A DNA stretch of 63,298 bases, filler included, from Basidiobolus meristosporus CBS 931.73 (Eukaryota > Fungi > Basidiobolomycota), in NCBI GenBank assembly GCA_002104905.1. It is 4 parts of 4 records of this genome, joined end to end, with 100 filler letters (N's around TTAATTAATTAA, not from the genome) between each part and the next. Parts side by side here need not be neighbours in the genome. Positions count along the whole stretch, not along the records: positions 54,792 to 63,298 come from MCFE01001338.1; 3 more parts are not named here. One strand, 5' to 3'. A program made the position numbers and the translations under genes. A model generated the notes under the pieces. That model did not search any database. It had not been told where the DNA came from and saw only the letters and a list, made by a program, of their open reading frames with translations. This document shows, in pieces, positions 63,072 through 63,298 of this stretch (positions are counted from its first letter, which is position 1; every line of letters starts with the position of its first letter).

Positions 63072-63298
63072 TTAGGGTTAGGGTTAGGGTTAGGGTTAGG
63101 GTTAGGGTTAGGGTTAGGGTTAGGGTTAGGGTTAGGGTTAGGGTTAGGGTTAGGGTTAGGGTTAGGGTTAGGGTTAGGGTTAGGGTTAGGGTTAGGGTTA
63201 GGGTTAGGGTTAGGGTTAGGGTTAGGGTTAGGGTTAGGGTTAGGGTTAGGGTTAGGGTTAGGGTTAGGGTTAGGGTTAGGGTTAGGGTTAGGTTAGGG
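63072..63298 (+). repeat. Telomere: (TTAGGG)37 plus one TTAGG variant, running to the end of the sequence
   Basis: 227 bp with the G-rich strand at the 3' end, i.e. a right chromosome end. Confidence 0.99.

Overview
Right-hand chromosome end of a eukaryote, most likely an early-diverging fungus. This is an inference from ~50-70 bp GT-AG introns with CT(A/G)AC-type branch sites, katanin and CM1 genes, and a TTAGGG telomere; no taxon can be proven from the sequence. Three artificial 100-nt linkers (44 N + TTAATTAATTAA + 44 N) split the window into four contigs, so adjacency across them is unverified. Contig 1 (1-24161) is a CpG-depleted nest of dead transposons with no host gene. It holds Ty3/gypsy relics including a chromovirus, solo LTRs, a copia end and several CACTA/EnSpm relics, two of which form a ~8.7 kb degenerate palindrome centred at 14463/14464. 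Contig 2 (24262-39939) is a birth-and-death gene array. It has a family of secreted, probably GPI-anchored proteins combining a bacterial-type SH3b domain with a Hedgehog/DD-peptidase (M15)-like H-x6-D domain (two intact genes, one nonsense pseudogene, one deleted fragment). It also has two intronless paralogs of an unrecognised 3-TM protein, an intronless bacterial-like phosphodiester glycosidase, and two families of repeated pseudogenes. Contig 3 (40040-54691) carries ordinary genes: an HMT1/ABCB6-like ABC half-transporter, an ALMT/FUSC-family transporter, and katanin p60 head-to-head with a CM1-motif (Mto1/centrosomin-like) coiled-coil gene. Contig 4 (54792-63298) is the subtelomere: unclassified repeats, a GT25-like glycosyltransferase, a copia gag relic, an interstitial telomere tract, a CpG-decayed tRNA-like A/B-box pair and the terminal (TTAGGG)n array. 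The best candidate for an undescribed system is the SH3b + M15-like pseudo-enzyme family interleaved with the unknown 3-TM family. All family assignments come from motif recognition and recall, not database searches.
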